This document shows positions 22,805-35,759 of a stretch of DNA of 64,000 nt, in pieces (the first letter of the stretch is position 1; every line of letters begins with the position of its first letter). Position numbers and translations under genes: made by a program. The stretch is from contig OZ024747.1 of the NCBI GenBank assembly GCA_964016885.1, forward strand, positions 60,326,001-60,390,000. The letters run 5' to 3'. This stretch comes from Eledone cirrhosa (Eukaryota). The notes under the pieces were generated by a model that saw nothing but the letters and a program-made list of their open reading frames with translations, did not search any database and was not told where the DNA came from.

Positions 22805-23745
22805 ACATTGTATATAATAATAATTGGTGTATATAATAATTGTATTGTATATAATAATAATTGTTGTATATAATAATTGTATTGTATATAATAATAATTG
22901 TTGTATTTAATAATTGTATTGTATATAATAATAATTGTTGTATTTAATAATTGTATTGTATATAATAATAATGTTGTATATAATAATTGTATTGTATATA
23001 ATAATAATTGTTGTATTTAATAATTGTATTTTATATAATAATAATGTCGTATATAATAATTGTATTGTATATAATAATAATGTTGTATATAATAATTGTA
23101 TTGTATATAATAATAATTGTTGTATTTAATAATTGTATTGTATATAATAATAATTGTTGTATATAATAATTGTATTGTATATAATAATAATTGTTGTATT
23201 TAATAATTGTATTGTATATAATAATAATTGTTGTATTTAATAATTGTATTGTATATAATAATAATTGGTGTATATAATAATTGTATTGTATATAATAATA
23301 ATTGTTGTATTTAATAATTGTATTGTATATAATAATAATGTTGTATTTAATAATTGTATTGTATATAATAATAATGTTGTATATAATAATTGTATTGTAT
23401 ATAATAATAATTGTTGTATTTAATAATTGTATTGTATATAATAATAATTGTTGTATTTAATAATTGTATTGTATATAATAATAATGTTGTATATAATAAT
23501 TGTATTGTATATAATAATAATTGTTGTATTTAATAATTGTATTTTATATAATAATAATGTCGTATATAATAATTGTATTGTATATAATAATAATGTTGTA
23601 TATAATAATTGTATTGTATATAATAATAATTGTTGTATTTAATAATTGTATTGTATATAATAATAATTGGTGTATATAATAATTGTATTGTATATAATAA
23701 TAATTGTTGTATATAATAATTGTATTGTATATAATAATAATTGTT
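22805..23745. repeat. ~36-37-bp AT-rich minisatellite between SINE A copies
   Basis: Unit AATAATTGTATTGTATATAATAATAATTGTTGTATTT. The array runs into ATAATAATAATTGTTTCTAC, the tail of the partial SINE at 23742-23815. Confidence 0.9.
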
Positions 23746-24288
23746 TCTACTTTAGGCACAAGGGAAGGGAAGGGGGTGGTTATTAAATCGACCCCTAGTA
23801 CATTACTGGTACTTTAGTGGTTGTGTTTTATGGAACCAGATCCAGTTTTGGGGGCCAGATTAGCATGGAAAGGGTTACTAGTAAAGACTCAGTAATAGAG
23901 CCAAAGTGTTGATTGTATAAAATACCTTATTAGATGTGCAGCCATGGAAATAAGAGATTCCACAAGATGGCAGCCAATAGAAACTTGATAGTAAAATGAG
24001 GGAAAGAAGGAGGAGAAAAATAGATTTAGTAATGATGAGAAAATGATCATTAGAGAAGTAATGCTGATCTCATCAGGGAGGCAATTGTCTTCTCAGTAGT
24101 AAACAACATAGTTTCCACTTGAATAGATTCTCTAATAAACACCTGCTGTATACTAACGGCTTAGATGGATCAGCAAATTAAGGTAGACATAGACTTAATG
24201 ATTGAACCAGATAGTTTTTTTATAAACAAGATCATATTATATTACCAATGGGATGTATATTTGTGTATCTGTGTGTGTGTATATCTGT

Positions 24289-24365
<77 letters not shown>

Positions 24366-24459
24366 CATACATATATATACACACACATATATATATATGT
24401 ATATATGTATTTATTCATGCACATGCACATACACATACACACACATGCACGCACATATA

Positions 24460-24508
<49 letters not shown>

Positions 24509-24512
24509 TTAT

Positions 24513-24553
<41 letters not shown>

Positions 24554-24757
24554 TACACACTCACATACATGTACATGAAGCTCATGTGTACCATGTATCT
24601 ATATTCTGTGTATGATATATGATGACATATAACTCCCTGTCACATATGTACATGGTGTGTGTGTCTGTATTATATCTAATTATATCATGTCATATGACAA
24701 TAGACATATAAGTGAAACGGAGGTATAGGAACAGTTATCTATTTATTTTACTAATGT

Positions 24758-25088
24758 AAGGCACATGGCTTAGTGGTTAGAGCATTGGCCTTGCAATCAA
24801 AAGGTTGTGAGTTCAATTCTCAGACTGGGTGATGTGTTGTTTCCTTGAGCAAGACACTTTATTTCACATTGCTCCAGTTTACTCAGCTGTAGAAATGACT
24901 GGGGTCCCTATCATTCCACTGCAAAGTGGTCGTGGAGGTGCCACGGCAAAAAAGCACCCAGCACTCACTGTAAATGAGGTTGGTGTTAGGAAGGGCATCC
25001 AGCTGTAGAAATTAAGCCAGAATCAGTTCCCGTCCCACTCTTGCAAGCAGGGAAAAGCGGACGTAAAATGAAATGAAATGAAATGAAT
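24758..25088 (+). mobile_element. SINE family B with RTE-derived 3' end and (GAAAT)n tail
   Basis: tRNA head, CCTTGAGCAAGACAC, GGTTGGTGTTAGGAAGGGCATCCAGC, GCAAGCAGGGAAAAGCGGACGTAAAATGAAATG. Confidence 0.8.
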
Positions 25089-25294
25089 GTCTTCAAACAG
25101 ATAAGATATTGGTTTCAATACTGAGGTAGGGCCATGTTTTTCATAAGGCTGACATGGCTGAGGTATTGGGGCCCCACAGGGTCTAAGGGATCTGTCAATT
25201 CTTTTGGCTATAGTGACTGTAGTAGTGTGAACAATTTAAATGCCAAATTATTTGAAAGCCTTGGGATCTGACTATGGGTTCATATGGTCAGACA

Positions 25295-25850
25295 CTAGTT
25301 AGTCATCAGTCAGTTGTTGTTCAATCATAAGTCAGTCATCAGTCAGTCACTAGTGATAGTTGGTCAGTCATTAGTCATCATTGGTCATTGTTGGTTAGTC
25401 ATAGGTCAGTTGCTAGTGATCATTGGTCAGTCATCACTCATTAGTCACCATTGGTCAGTCACAAGCCAGTTGTTGGTCAGTTATTAGTCATCGTTGGTCT
25501 GTTGTTGGTTAGTCATTAGTCATCGTTGGTCTCAGGGTTGGATTTAGACCTTGGGGGGCTTAGGGCACTTCAGGTTTGGGAGGACCCCTCATACACAAAA
25601 AATTAGAAAGCACAGCAAATCCCCCAATTTTACATATCAAGGTTAGCAGGTGTTAAATTAAAAAAATGTAACCATCCTAAAACTAAAAAGCTCAGCTGAG
25701 AGCACAAATAAATTACTATGACCATCACTGGTGGGGCCCCCACTGCAGGGGCCCAGGACAATTGCCCTCTTTGCCCCCCCATTACATCTGACCCTGGCTG
25801 GTCAGTGGCTGCTCTGTCATTAATCAGTCATCGTTGGTCAGTTGTTCAAC
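25295..25850. repeat. Degenerate GTCAGTCATTAGTCATCGTTG-type repeat interrupted by a MITE
   Basis: Directly visible on both sides of 25533-25796. Confidence 0.6.
25533..25796 (-). mobile_element. hAT-type MITE, family X
   Basis: CAGGGTTGGATTTAG...TTACATCTGACCCTG TIRs. Imperfect 8-bp TSD GTTGGTCT/GCTGGTCA. Confidence 0.75.
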
Positions 25851-26131
25851 AGTTATAAGATGTGAAACAATACAGAAATTGTCACGAAACAACACATTCA
25901 TCCCTAACTCTTTATTACTGAACTGTCCTCTTCTTTTGTCTTTCATTTCCAAGATAATACTTCAGTTTTCCCTATTTAAAGAAATATTAATTAAATTCAT
26001 TAATTTAATTTAATAAGAGGATCTGAAGATTAATTATTGAACTAATTAAGTGTAAAGCTTATTATGACCTGAAGAATTTATAGCTTTTGGCTCTCCTATT
26101 ACATATATGTGTATGGGCTACACACACAGAC

Positions 26132-26197
<66 letters not shown>

Positions 26198-27359
26198 CTG
26201 TATGTATATATACACACGCACTTAGACATCAAAATGATTGTTATTTTGACAGCTGATCAAGTGAGTGTGTCATAGTGTATGCTGTAAATATAGTGTGTTA
26301 GTAGTGTGTGTGCATGCATTTGCTTGGTAGGTTCCATGTTTAAATTGTGTGTGAATCCTGGAAGAAAACTGCTAGGCTTCTCTCTATAATACTTCGAATT
26401 GACAGGTGTATGTGGCATAATCATACTTAGGTCACATTTGACAAAGCTATGAAATTAAATTTCAGGAAACCCTGGTTTCTTTTTGTTATGTTTTACAAAT
26501 ATTGAAGCTATTTTGTCTATTTTATTTATTGTCACATTAGAAGCCAGATATTATTTTGAGTCCATTAACGACATCATCGAGGAGTAGAGAAATATAATCT
26601 AGCATACAAATTAAGACACCATCTGAGAAGTTGATTTATTGACACCTACAAATATTGTAGAAATTTCTTCCGTGGCCTAATAGTCCTTGCTTTTTCCTTC
26701 CTTTTCATCTCATTTATGGCATTTATAGTCCTTTCCTCTACTTTCCCACACAGCCAGATTTGCCCTTCTTTACCCCTTCCACTTTTTGTTAATTACTTAA
26801 TTTTGTTTTTATAGATTTTTCTTCATATTTACATCATTGTATAACTTATTGTTGTAAATATAGTTGACATAATATGTTTATGTATAACAGATAACAAAAT
26901 ATTTCCATCATTGTATAACTTCTTTTTGTAAAATATAGTTGACATAATGTTTATGTATACTTGATTAAATACAACCCTCAATATGTCCAATATATCGAAC
27001 TTTAAAGTTGTTATCTATGACCTGAATAATTAACACCCCAATATGTCCAAATACTTAACTCTAAGTAGAGGTAGCTACTGTGGGTGGTATAATTCTCTGT
27101 TGTAAGTAAGGGAATCACTGACTAGATTTATTGGTTTGTAGTTGGGAGTTGAATTGACACACAAGAAATAACTGCAATAAACTAACATCCTATTCAGGGG
27201 GATCTGACATCCACTTCATGGTACAGGAGTTACTGACAAACACAGACTTTATGGTGTTTGTGATTAAAAGACATGAGAAGTGAATAAAACAGTATGGTAA
27301 TGATAATATTCAGGTCTTTATATTCCATGTATATAACTCATGAGTTGGTAGGTCTAGAG

Positions 27360-27505
27360 CAGTCATGAGCAAATTGCAACCAATTTGGCTTTCTGAATGG
27401 CATGCATAATTAAAAATTACCTTGAACTATTTTAAAAATGTGGCCCACCTTGTGATGAGCCATATCTTATGTGACTCACTGCTCATAAAAGATTGCCCAT
27501 GTTTG
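27360..27505 (+). mobile_element. hAT (Charlie-like) MITE
   Basis: CAGTCATGAGCAA...TTGCCCATGTTTG, flanked by GTCTAGAG on both sides. Confidence 0.7.
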
Positions 27506-27513
27506 GTCTAGAG

Positions 27514-27893
27514 CAGCATTTCTCAACCTTTTTACCCTTGAAATAGGTTTAATGTCTCAGAGAACCCCTGTATAGACAAAACAGACTTAAAAAAAAAACC
27601 CATAACATTTGTCCATCACAGTTATAAATATATATATATATAATACATATAGTTATTGTTTTTGGTTTTTTGTTTGTCTGTGTGTGTATTTTACCAGCCG
27701 TGTAGTGATGGGTAATGACCTAGTTTTAAATAATATAAGAGGTTGAAACTTTTATTATAATAACCAAGAATTTTCCAACAATATGCTGTATGTGTATAGT
27801 AAAATTACGAATTTTAACACTGTTTCTTGTGAAATGCCTAATGACCTCATTTGGAACCCTAGGATTCTAGGGAACACCAGTTTAGAAAAGCTA
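27514..27893 (+). mobile_element. hAT (Charlie-like) MITE
   Basis: CAGCATTTCTCAACC...GTTTAGAAAAGCTA, flanked by GTCTAGAG on both sides. Confidence 0.75.
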
Positions 27894-27974
27894 GTCTAGA
27901 GTAAAAGACAGTGCCCATAGCATTTATGGGCCCTCCAAGACCAGAGAGATTGATGCTATTGATGTTCTGCTTAA

Positions 27975-28195
27975 CCCTTTAGAATTTACATTACTCTATA
28001 TTTACTATTATATTTTCATAGTAAAGGCTTTACCTCACATAATTATCTCACATAATATCAAATCTATGAGATTTTAATCTTATTTATTTAGAGAAAAATA
28101 CCTTAACATAAGTATGAACAGTTGGTTACATCTGGTTTGAATAGAAAAATGTAAGAGAATTATGGCTGGATATGGGTGGTTTAAATGCTAAAGGG
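27975..28195 (+). mobile_element. piggyBac-type MITE, family 1
   Basis: TTAA|CCCTTTAGAATT...AATGCTAAAGGG|TTAA. Confidence 0.85.
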
Positions 28196-28796
28196 TTAAA
28201 CTGTTGCAGGTTGATACTTGTAGGAAAATCTAACAAACAGGTTCCATTCCTAATTTATGCTAGTGTTCTCAACAGAAGAAATAGTTCCTAACTGTTCAAA
28301 TATTGGTTTAACCGAAAATAAATGTCCGGATTGTAAACATTATTCCCAACCATTGTAGTCTGGAGAAATGCCTGTTAAACAAAAGTGTTTGTTAACAAGA
28401 GAAAATTAATATTTGATAAGAATGGAGGAATCTAACTTTGATAAGTCAGCTTAATCAGTTTGTAATGATGGCTGGTGAGGAAAAGGACTAATGAGCTTGT
28501 GCTAAATTGATGATCATGGAAGACATTGTGTTATCTTAATGAAGATATAATGCAGTTAAGGTTAACTAGATGAAATGTCTGAAAAGCTAATCATATTTAC
28601 AGACAAATTTCACTGTTTCTTGTATTGAATTGAAGACAACACTGACTTCTCTTTAGTGACAAACAACAATAAGACTTCAATTGTTCAATGAAAATACAGT
28701 AATTATCATGTTTATCACTAAATCTGTCGCACGTCTGTAGATGATAGCTTTGTTAATTGTACTGACTATAAGTCACAGGACTCTCTCTTTCTAGAG

Positions 28797-29861
28797 CAGT
28801 GTTTTTCAAAATGGGGCATGGAACTTCAGAATGGATCCTATATACTATGCTATACTATATGCTATACTATCTATATGCTATGTTGTATACTATATGCTAT
28901 GCTATGTACTATATGCTATGTTATATGTTATGCTATATGCTATGCTATGCTATGCTATATGCTATGCTATATGCTATGCTATATGCTATGCTATATGCTA
29001 TGCTATATGCTATGCTATATGCTATGCTATATGCTATGCTATATGCTATGCTATATGCTATGCTATATGCTATGCTATGCTATATGCTATGCTATATGCT
29101 ATGCTATATGCTATGTTATGCTATATGTTATGTTATGCTATATGCTATGCTATATGCTGTGCTATGTGCTATGCTATATGCTATGTGCTATGATACATGC
29201 TATGCTATATCCTATGCTATATCCTATATACTATATGCTATGCCATGTGCTATGCTATATGCTATGCTATATGCTATGCTATATGCTATGCTATATGCTA
29301 TGCTATATGCTATGCTATATGCTATGCTATATGCTATGCTATATGCTATGCTATATGCTATGCTATATGCTATGCTATATGCTATGCTATATGCTATGCT
29401 ATATGCTATGCTATATGCTATGCTATATGCTATGCTATATGCTATGCTATATGCTATGCTATATGCTATGCTATATGCTATGCTATATGCTATGCTATAT
29501 GCTATGCTATATGCTATGCTATATGCTATGCTATATGCTATGCTATATGCTATGTTATGCTATATGTTATGTTATGCTATATGCTATGCTATATGCTGTG
29601 CTATGTGCTATGCTATATGCTATGTGCTATGATACATGCTATGCTATATCCTATGCTATATCCTATATACTATATGCTATGCCATGTGCTATGCTATATG
29701 CTATACTATATGCTATGCTATGTGCTATGCTATATGCTATATTCTATATACTATGCTATATGCTATGCTATGTTATTTAATTTGTCTGATCACAGGTGGG
29801 GTGCACATTTTCTTTGAAAATGAAAGTGAGGCCTGAGACAAAAAAAGGTTGAGAAACATTG
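28797..29861 (+). mobile_element. hAT (Charlie-like) MITE expanded by an internal satellite
   Basis: TTCTAGAG|CAGTGTTTTTCAA...GGTTGAGAAACATTG|CTCTAGAA. Confidence 0.65.
28840..29775. repeat. 12-bp minisatellite (ATGCTATGCTAT)n
   Basis: Directly visible. A variant block is duplicated (~29105-29260 and ~29545-29700). Confidence 0.92.
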
Positions 29862-29869
29862 CTCTAGAA

Positions 29870-30008
29870 GTAGGGGCCACAAGAAATATGGCTCATCATA
29901 AGGTGGGTTGCACTAAAATAAAGTCAAGATAGTTTTGAAATTAGACATGCCATTCAGAAACCCAAATGGGCTGCACATGGCTCATGGGCCGCAGTTTGTG
30001 CATGGCTG
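29870..30008 (-). mobile_element. hAT MITE fragment, same family as 27360-27505
   Basis: GGCTCATCATAAGGTGGG and CATGCCATTCAGAAA are reverse complements of 27390-27465. Ends CATGGCTG|CTCTAGAA. Confidence 0.6.
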
Positions 30009-30197
30009 CTCTAGAATTTACACACATGAATTTACTATCATTGAATGAGGAAGTTATCTCTAAAACTTGATGTCAAACCAATAATGGAAATGGATTTTAG
30101 GAACTAGGGTACATTAAGGTCAATGAGGCTGAAGGTGGGAAAAACAGAGTTAGAAACTATAAGCTTCTCCCACATGAGAAACTGAAAAGTAGAGGAC

Positions 30198-30380
30198 TTC
30201 TAATCGAGATATAAGGCCAGCACAAAAGTAAGTTGATTAAATTGAACCCAGTATTTCACTGGTACTTTATTTGATTGCCTCCAAGAAGCAAAGTTGACTT
30301 CAGCAGTATTTAAACTCTGAATGTAAAAATCTGGAACAAATACTGTTAAGAATTTCTCCAATGCGCTTATTTGTCTGCCT
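30198..30380 (-). mobile_element. SINE A (diverged)
   Basis: CTGGTACTTTATT...GCAAAGTTGACTTCAGCAGTATTTAAACTC. Confidence 0.65.
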
Positions 30381-30492
30381 AGCCAGGAGCACAAGTAACT
30401 AATGAGATCTGTTGGCTTGCAGAAATATATATATATATGAAAAACGTAAAATGAGAAAATTATAGTAATTAGCTTACTTACTTAAATTTCAC

Positions 30493-30560
30493 TCCAACTA
30501 ATTAGTTTCTGAAAGGGAATATATATGGAGATCATGGAGAAACCTTTTCGTCATCAGGAA
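30493..30560 (-). ncRNA. Minimal type-I hammerhead ribozyme candidate
   Basis: Minus strand: TTC-CTGATGA-CGAAAAGG(...)CCCTTTCA-GAAA-CTAATTAG-TT^GGA. Flanked by a 16-bp inverted repeat (30434-30449 / 30588-30603). Confidence 0.7.
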
Positions 30561-31920
30561 GTCATTCTCAGCTAAGATACCTGGCGATTACGTTTTTCAT
30601 ATAATTGTTCTGCATCCCCTTGCATTGAACCACAAAGTTACTAAGACAAAACCTATATATTTGCTTGCATAGGTATACATCTGTATATATATGTTGGTAG
30701 ATATACTAATTCTTTATATATATATATAAAAGGTGGTATTAATGATGTTAAGACTAAATAAATAGTTTCAAGAATCAGAGACAGAGCTTATTCTGTTTTA
30801 TCTCTTACTGCATGATACACACACTGATAAGAAAATTGTTAAAAAGAAAAACTAAATTCTGGAAAACTGACAGTAAAACGTAGGTGAGGATAGTGGAGAT
30901 AGATTTTAAAACATTGAAGAAAAATATTCCAATGTTCTGGAATCTCGGTCTCTGAATAAATAATGTTATTGTAAAGTGTCAATATTTAGAAAGTTGTTTG
31001 ATGAGGGAAATATTGAACATATTCAGTATTGATTGGCAGTGTGGAGTTCTAACTTTCAGCTGTTGAATAACCCAATTCTAACAGAAGCACAGAATGGTTT
31101 CAATTGGTGTCTAGACACAAGCAATTTGCTAAATCAGATAAAAAAAGAAAATAATCAAAAACATAAACAAAACCCAACACAAAACAAAACAATGAATAAA
31201 AGATGATAGAAACGAAACATTACAACAACAAGAGATGCCCCAGTCCATCTCTCATCTATCCTCCATCCTTTTCAAAACAAAGTCTATTGATTATATTGTA
31301 AACTGTTGATCAGTTACGCAAGCTTCATATGTAAAGATTGTGTAATTATTACACGGCTACAGAATAACTTGTTCAACAAAGGGTATTGCCTATATCTATA
31401 TATGTGTGTGCATGCTGTGTGTTTCATGTTTACTTCTATAGCAATAATTACATGTTATACATAGTTCTAATAATCCATTTTTAATCATACATACATACAT
31501 CATAGATTGATTACTTGAATTTAAGCTAACTTCAGCTGTAATGACAATTGATGTAAAACAAACATGATGTATTTCAGTTGATGTTTAAATTATTTATTAA
31601 AAACTTTTGTATTTTCATTTCCTAGGCAGGAACTGTCTCCCTCAGCCATTGTATAGCATCAACCCTGAATTAACCATTAATCAAAATAAGCATGCACTTA
31701 TGGCTTCAAATAAAGAAGGGCTTCATAGATTTTTTTTTTTCCAGTGCTGGATTTACAATGGACCATGCTGCAGTGCTGCGTCTGAACAAGGGACCATAAA
31801 AACGTGGTCCCCACATTCTTTTTAATGCTTAATCTGGCTCCATATACCATTTATATTTGTAGAAAAATCATATTTTTTTTACTAAAAGGCAGAAAGCTGC
31901 ATGTTATTTGTATATCATTA

Positions 31921-32103
31921 GTGGTGAATTGGCAGTATCGGTAGAGGGTTGGACGCCATGCTTTCTAGCATAGTTACGTCCCTTTACAGTATGAGTTCAA
32001 ATCCCGCCGAGGTTAACTTTGCCTTTCATCCTTATGGGGTCGATAAAATAAAGTACCAGTAATGTACTGGGTAATTGCTGGCCTTGTGCCTAAAGTAGAA
32101 ACA
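31921..32103 (+). mobile_element. SINE A with 18-bp TSD
   Basis: GTTATTTGTATATCA(T/A)TA at 31903-31920 and 32104-32121. Confidence 0.9.
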
Positions 32104-32145
32104 GTTATTTGTATATCAATACTTTCTCTAGGTTTCAGATATTAA

Positions 32146-32353
32146 CCCTTTAGCATTTACATTACTCTATATATACTATTTTATTTTCACAGTAAACACT
32201 TTATCTCACATAATATCGAATCTATGAGATTTTGATATTATTTATTTTGAGAACAATACCTTAACATCAGTATCAGCAGCTGGTTATAGCTGTTTTGAAC
32301 AGAAAGAGGTGAGAGAATTCTGGCCAGATACAGTCAGTTTAAATGCTGAATGG
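32146..32353 (+). mobile_element. piggyBac-type MITE, family 1
   Basis: TTAA|CCCTTTAGCATTTACATTACTC. The right TIR is degenerate. Confidence 0.75.
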
Positions 32354-32919
32354 CACCAAAATATTCTAAACACGAAGAGGATACAACATATATACAAGTA
32401 AATACTGTTTGTATTTACCTCAAGCCTATGGTAATTTCATGTGGTAGCTTGGCTCTATGATAATTTAGTTAAGAGATGTATTGTATTTGACATAGATGCT
32501 GTTAAACCTATTTGGTATTATCACATTGTTCCTTTCATTGGTATTGAAAGGTTTCATTAGAGAAAGTGTTTACTCTGTTGACATAAATGGAAGAACAGAA
32601 ATAAGATAAAGACAATTTATTTTTCATTTTAGTGAAGGGTGGGGAGAACAGCACCTATGACTTTTTGTTTTCAGGGCCTCCAAGACTGGTGAAACAAAGT
32701 GAGAAAGAGATATTCAAACCAGTAACCAGTTCTAAATACTTGCAGTAGAGTAAACTCTGCCCAAAACACCCAAAGTTCAGGTGGTGGTGTTAAACTGGCT
32801 GACATATTAATTCTAACACCCCAAAACTGAGATAGTATAAAGCCAGAAACAATAGCACCACAATACATTTTGTTTGAGATGCTAACAATTGCACCAATCC
32901 ACCAGCCAGGATTGGCAGC

Positions 32920-33045
32920 ACTTTATTTTATTGACCCTGAAAGGCAAAGTTAACCTCAGTGAGATTTGAACACAGTGTGTAGAAACCTGGAATAAATACT
33001 ACAAGTCATTTTGTATTTCACCCTAACAACTCTGCCAATTCAATG
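32920..33045 (-). mobile_element. SINE A fragment
   Basis: GAAAGGCAAAGTTAACCTCAGTGAGATTTGAAC. Confidence 0.65.
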
Positions 33046-33692
33046 CCTGAGACAAGAATAAAATTATATGACTGTCTATGAATGAAAATACAATATTTCT
33101 GCTGTTTAGAAATAGAAGCTACTACTGCTACTGCTGCTGCTACAAGCTGACATCTTTATTGTTTCTTTATGTTATTTTTTACCATTCTGGATTTTTATTT
33201 TATTTTTATTTTCTTGTTTAATGTTTGTGAAGGGAAATATTTAATTAAAAAGAAATATTGCTCGGGAGCAAAATGTTATCTGAAGCATATTTTCAGCGTT
33301 GAGAAGATTTTTGAGTAATTCTCTGGCTTAACATTTGCAATAACATGGTGTCTACACACCACAATAACACAATTCAACTAATTCAGAATTATGTTTTTCA
33401 AAAGCTAAACTACTTCATTCTCAATTTTATTAAATTTCCTGGCTTTTAAAATTTATAGTACAAATTTTCTAATGTGTTTAGCAAACAGTATACATTTAGT
33501 GGAATGTACTAAGGCTGTGTATTTCTGGCAAAGTATCACTTAGCATAAAGACTGTATGCCAAAACAGAGACAGTCTCTGCCAAAATATTTGTAACTTGCT
33601 TATTCTTGCATTACTGTTTGTTAATTTCAATTCACTTGATATTACAATAGTAGTTTTTACTGGAAAAGATTTATTGATTCACTTTCATTGAA

Positions 33693-34330
33693 TTGTTGTG
33701 TAGTGTGGAATCCATGCATTCTTTACTGATTGTTGTGTGGTGTGGAATTATACACTATTGTATGGAACTGTTGTGTGGTGTGGAATATACACTATTGTAT
33801 GGAACTGTTGTGTGGTGTGGAATTATACACTATTGTGTGGAACTGTTGTGTGGTGTGGAATATACACTATTGTGTGGTGTGGAATATACACTTTTGTATG
33901 GAACTGTTGTGTGGTGTGGAATATACACTATTGTATGGAACTGTTGTGTGGTGTGGAATATACACTATTGTATGGAACTGTTGTGTGGTGTGGAATATAC
34001 ACTATTGTATGGAACTGTTGTGTGGTGTGGAATATACACTATTGTATGGAACTGTTGTGTGGTGTGGAATATACACTTTTGTATGGAACTGTTGTGTGGT
34101 GTGGAATATACACTATTGTATGGAACTGTTGTGTGGTGTGGAATATACACTATTGTATGGAACTGTTGTGTGGTGTGGAATATACACTATTGTATGGAAC
34201 TGTTGTGTGGTGTGGAATATACACTATTGTATGGAACTGTTGTGTGGTGTGGAATATACACTATTGTATGGAACTGTTGTGTGGTGTGGAATATACACTT
34301 TCTCTACTGATTGTTGTGTGGTGTGGAAGA
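33693..34330. repeat. 37-bp minisatellite
   Basis: Unit TGTTGTGTGGTGTGGAATATACACTATTGTATGGAAC. Confidence 0.92.
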
Positions 34331-34364
34331 GAACACATAGTTGCTGTATTGATCACATAAAGTA

Positions 34365-34505
34365 CATAATATTGTATACAATATGGTATACAATATGATA
34401 TATAATATGGTATATAATATGGTATATAATATTGTATATAATATGGTATATAATATTGTATATAATATGGTATATAATATGGTATATAATATTGTATATA
34501 ATATA
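34365..34505. repeat. 12-bp repeat (TATAATATGGTA)n
   Basis: Directly visible. Confidence 0.85.
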
Positions 34506-34554
34506 CACTTGCTTCGCTGATAATACAATCATTGTATGGTAGAGAACACACACT

Positions 34555-35195
34555 TCTCATATTGATAACACACACACGTTATATTGATAACACATGGCAT
34601 ATTGATAACACACACACATTGATAACACACACATGCCATATTGATAACACACACGTCATATTGATAACACACACACGACATATTGATAACACACACACAC
34701 ACGCCATATTGATAACACACACATGCCATATTGATAACACACACATGCCATATTTATAACACACGTCATATTGATAACACACACATGCCATATTGATAAC
34801 ACACACACATTGATAACACACACACATTGATAACACACACATGCCATATTGATAACACACACACGTCATATTGATAACACACACATGCCATATTGATAAC
34901 ACACACATGCCATATTGATAACACACGTCATATTGATAACACACACGCCATATTGATAACACACACATGCCATATTGATAACACACACGCGTCATATTGA
35001 TAACACACACATGCCATATTGATAACACACACATGCCATATTGATAACACACACACGCCATATTGATAACACACAGACGTCATATTGATAACACACACAC
35101 GTCATATTGATAACACACACACGTCATATTGATAACACACACACGCCATATTGATAACACACGCATGTCATATTAATAACACACACATGCCATAT
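34555..35195. repeat. ~22-bp minisatellite CATATTGATAA(CA)nTGC
   Basis: Directly visible. Confidence 0.9.
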
Positions 35196-35759
35196 TGCAT
35201 GTATGTGGGAGAGAGAGAGTCTTTTTCTTTGCTGTAATAGATTGAATATTGATCTCATTGCCAATTGTTTCATTTGCTGTTAATGTTTTCAGAGATATTT
35301 CACTCTCAGACATTGGCAGATTAAAGAATTTCACTAAAAATATTTGATTTGTCTCTCTTTTCCCTTGCCAAATAAAGAAACATTATTTGTATTTCACATG
35401 AAACTCTTGGCATTCCTTTCCCACGCATATGTAGTTTACTAATGCTATTGAAGATGTTTTACTATAACTTCTTCATATCTTCTGCTGATGATGATGTTAA
35501 AGGAAGCAGAACAATGAGGTATATGTGAAAAGTGATCAAACCAACTGGAACACTGATCTTCAGAATTAACAGTGATCCAACAATGACAACAATAAATACC
35601 TCTACCCAACATTTTCATGAAATTTCTATAAACAAACTCTATGACATGCAGAGAGTGAAGTTCTGCCATTAAGTAAGTTTTATGAAATGTGGGTGAGAGC
35701 TGCATGATTGACGAGAATTAATGAGGCTGAATTGACTTAATCTGAGTATACTTTCCTCA

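Noticed and set aside
26540-26590. Minus-strand TCGATGA-TGTC...GACT-CAAA hammerhead-like text
   Set aside because: Multiple core mismatches and no stems I or III.
28799-29836. Cys/Tyr/Met-rich ORFs in three frames
   Set aside because: Artefact of the 12-bp satellite.
32674-32747. Acceptor-like ttttgttttcAG followed by PPRLVKQSEKEIFKP
   Set aside because: No homology recognised and no partner exons. Cannot be supported without RNA-seq.
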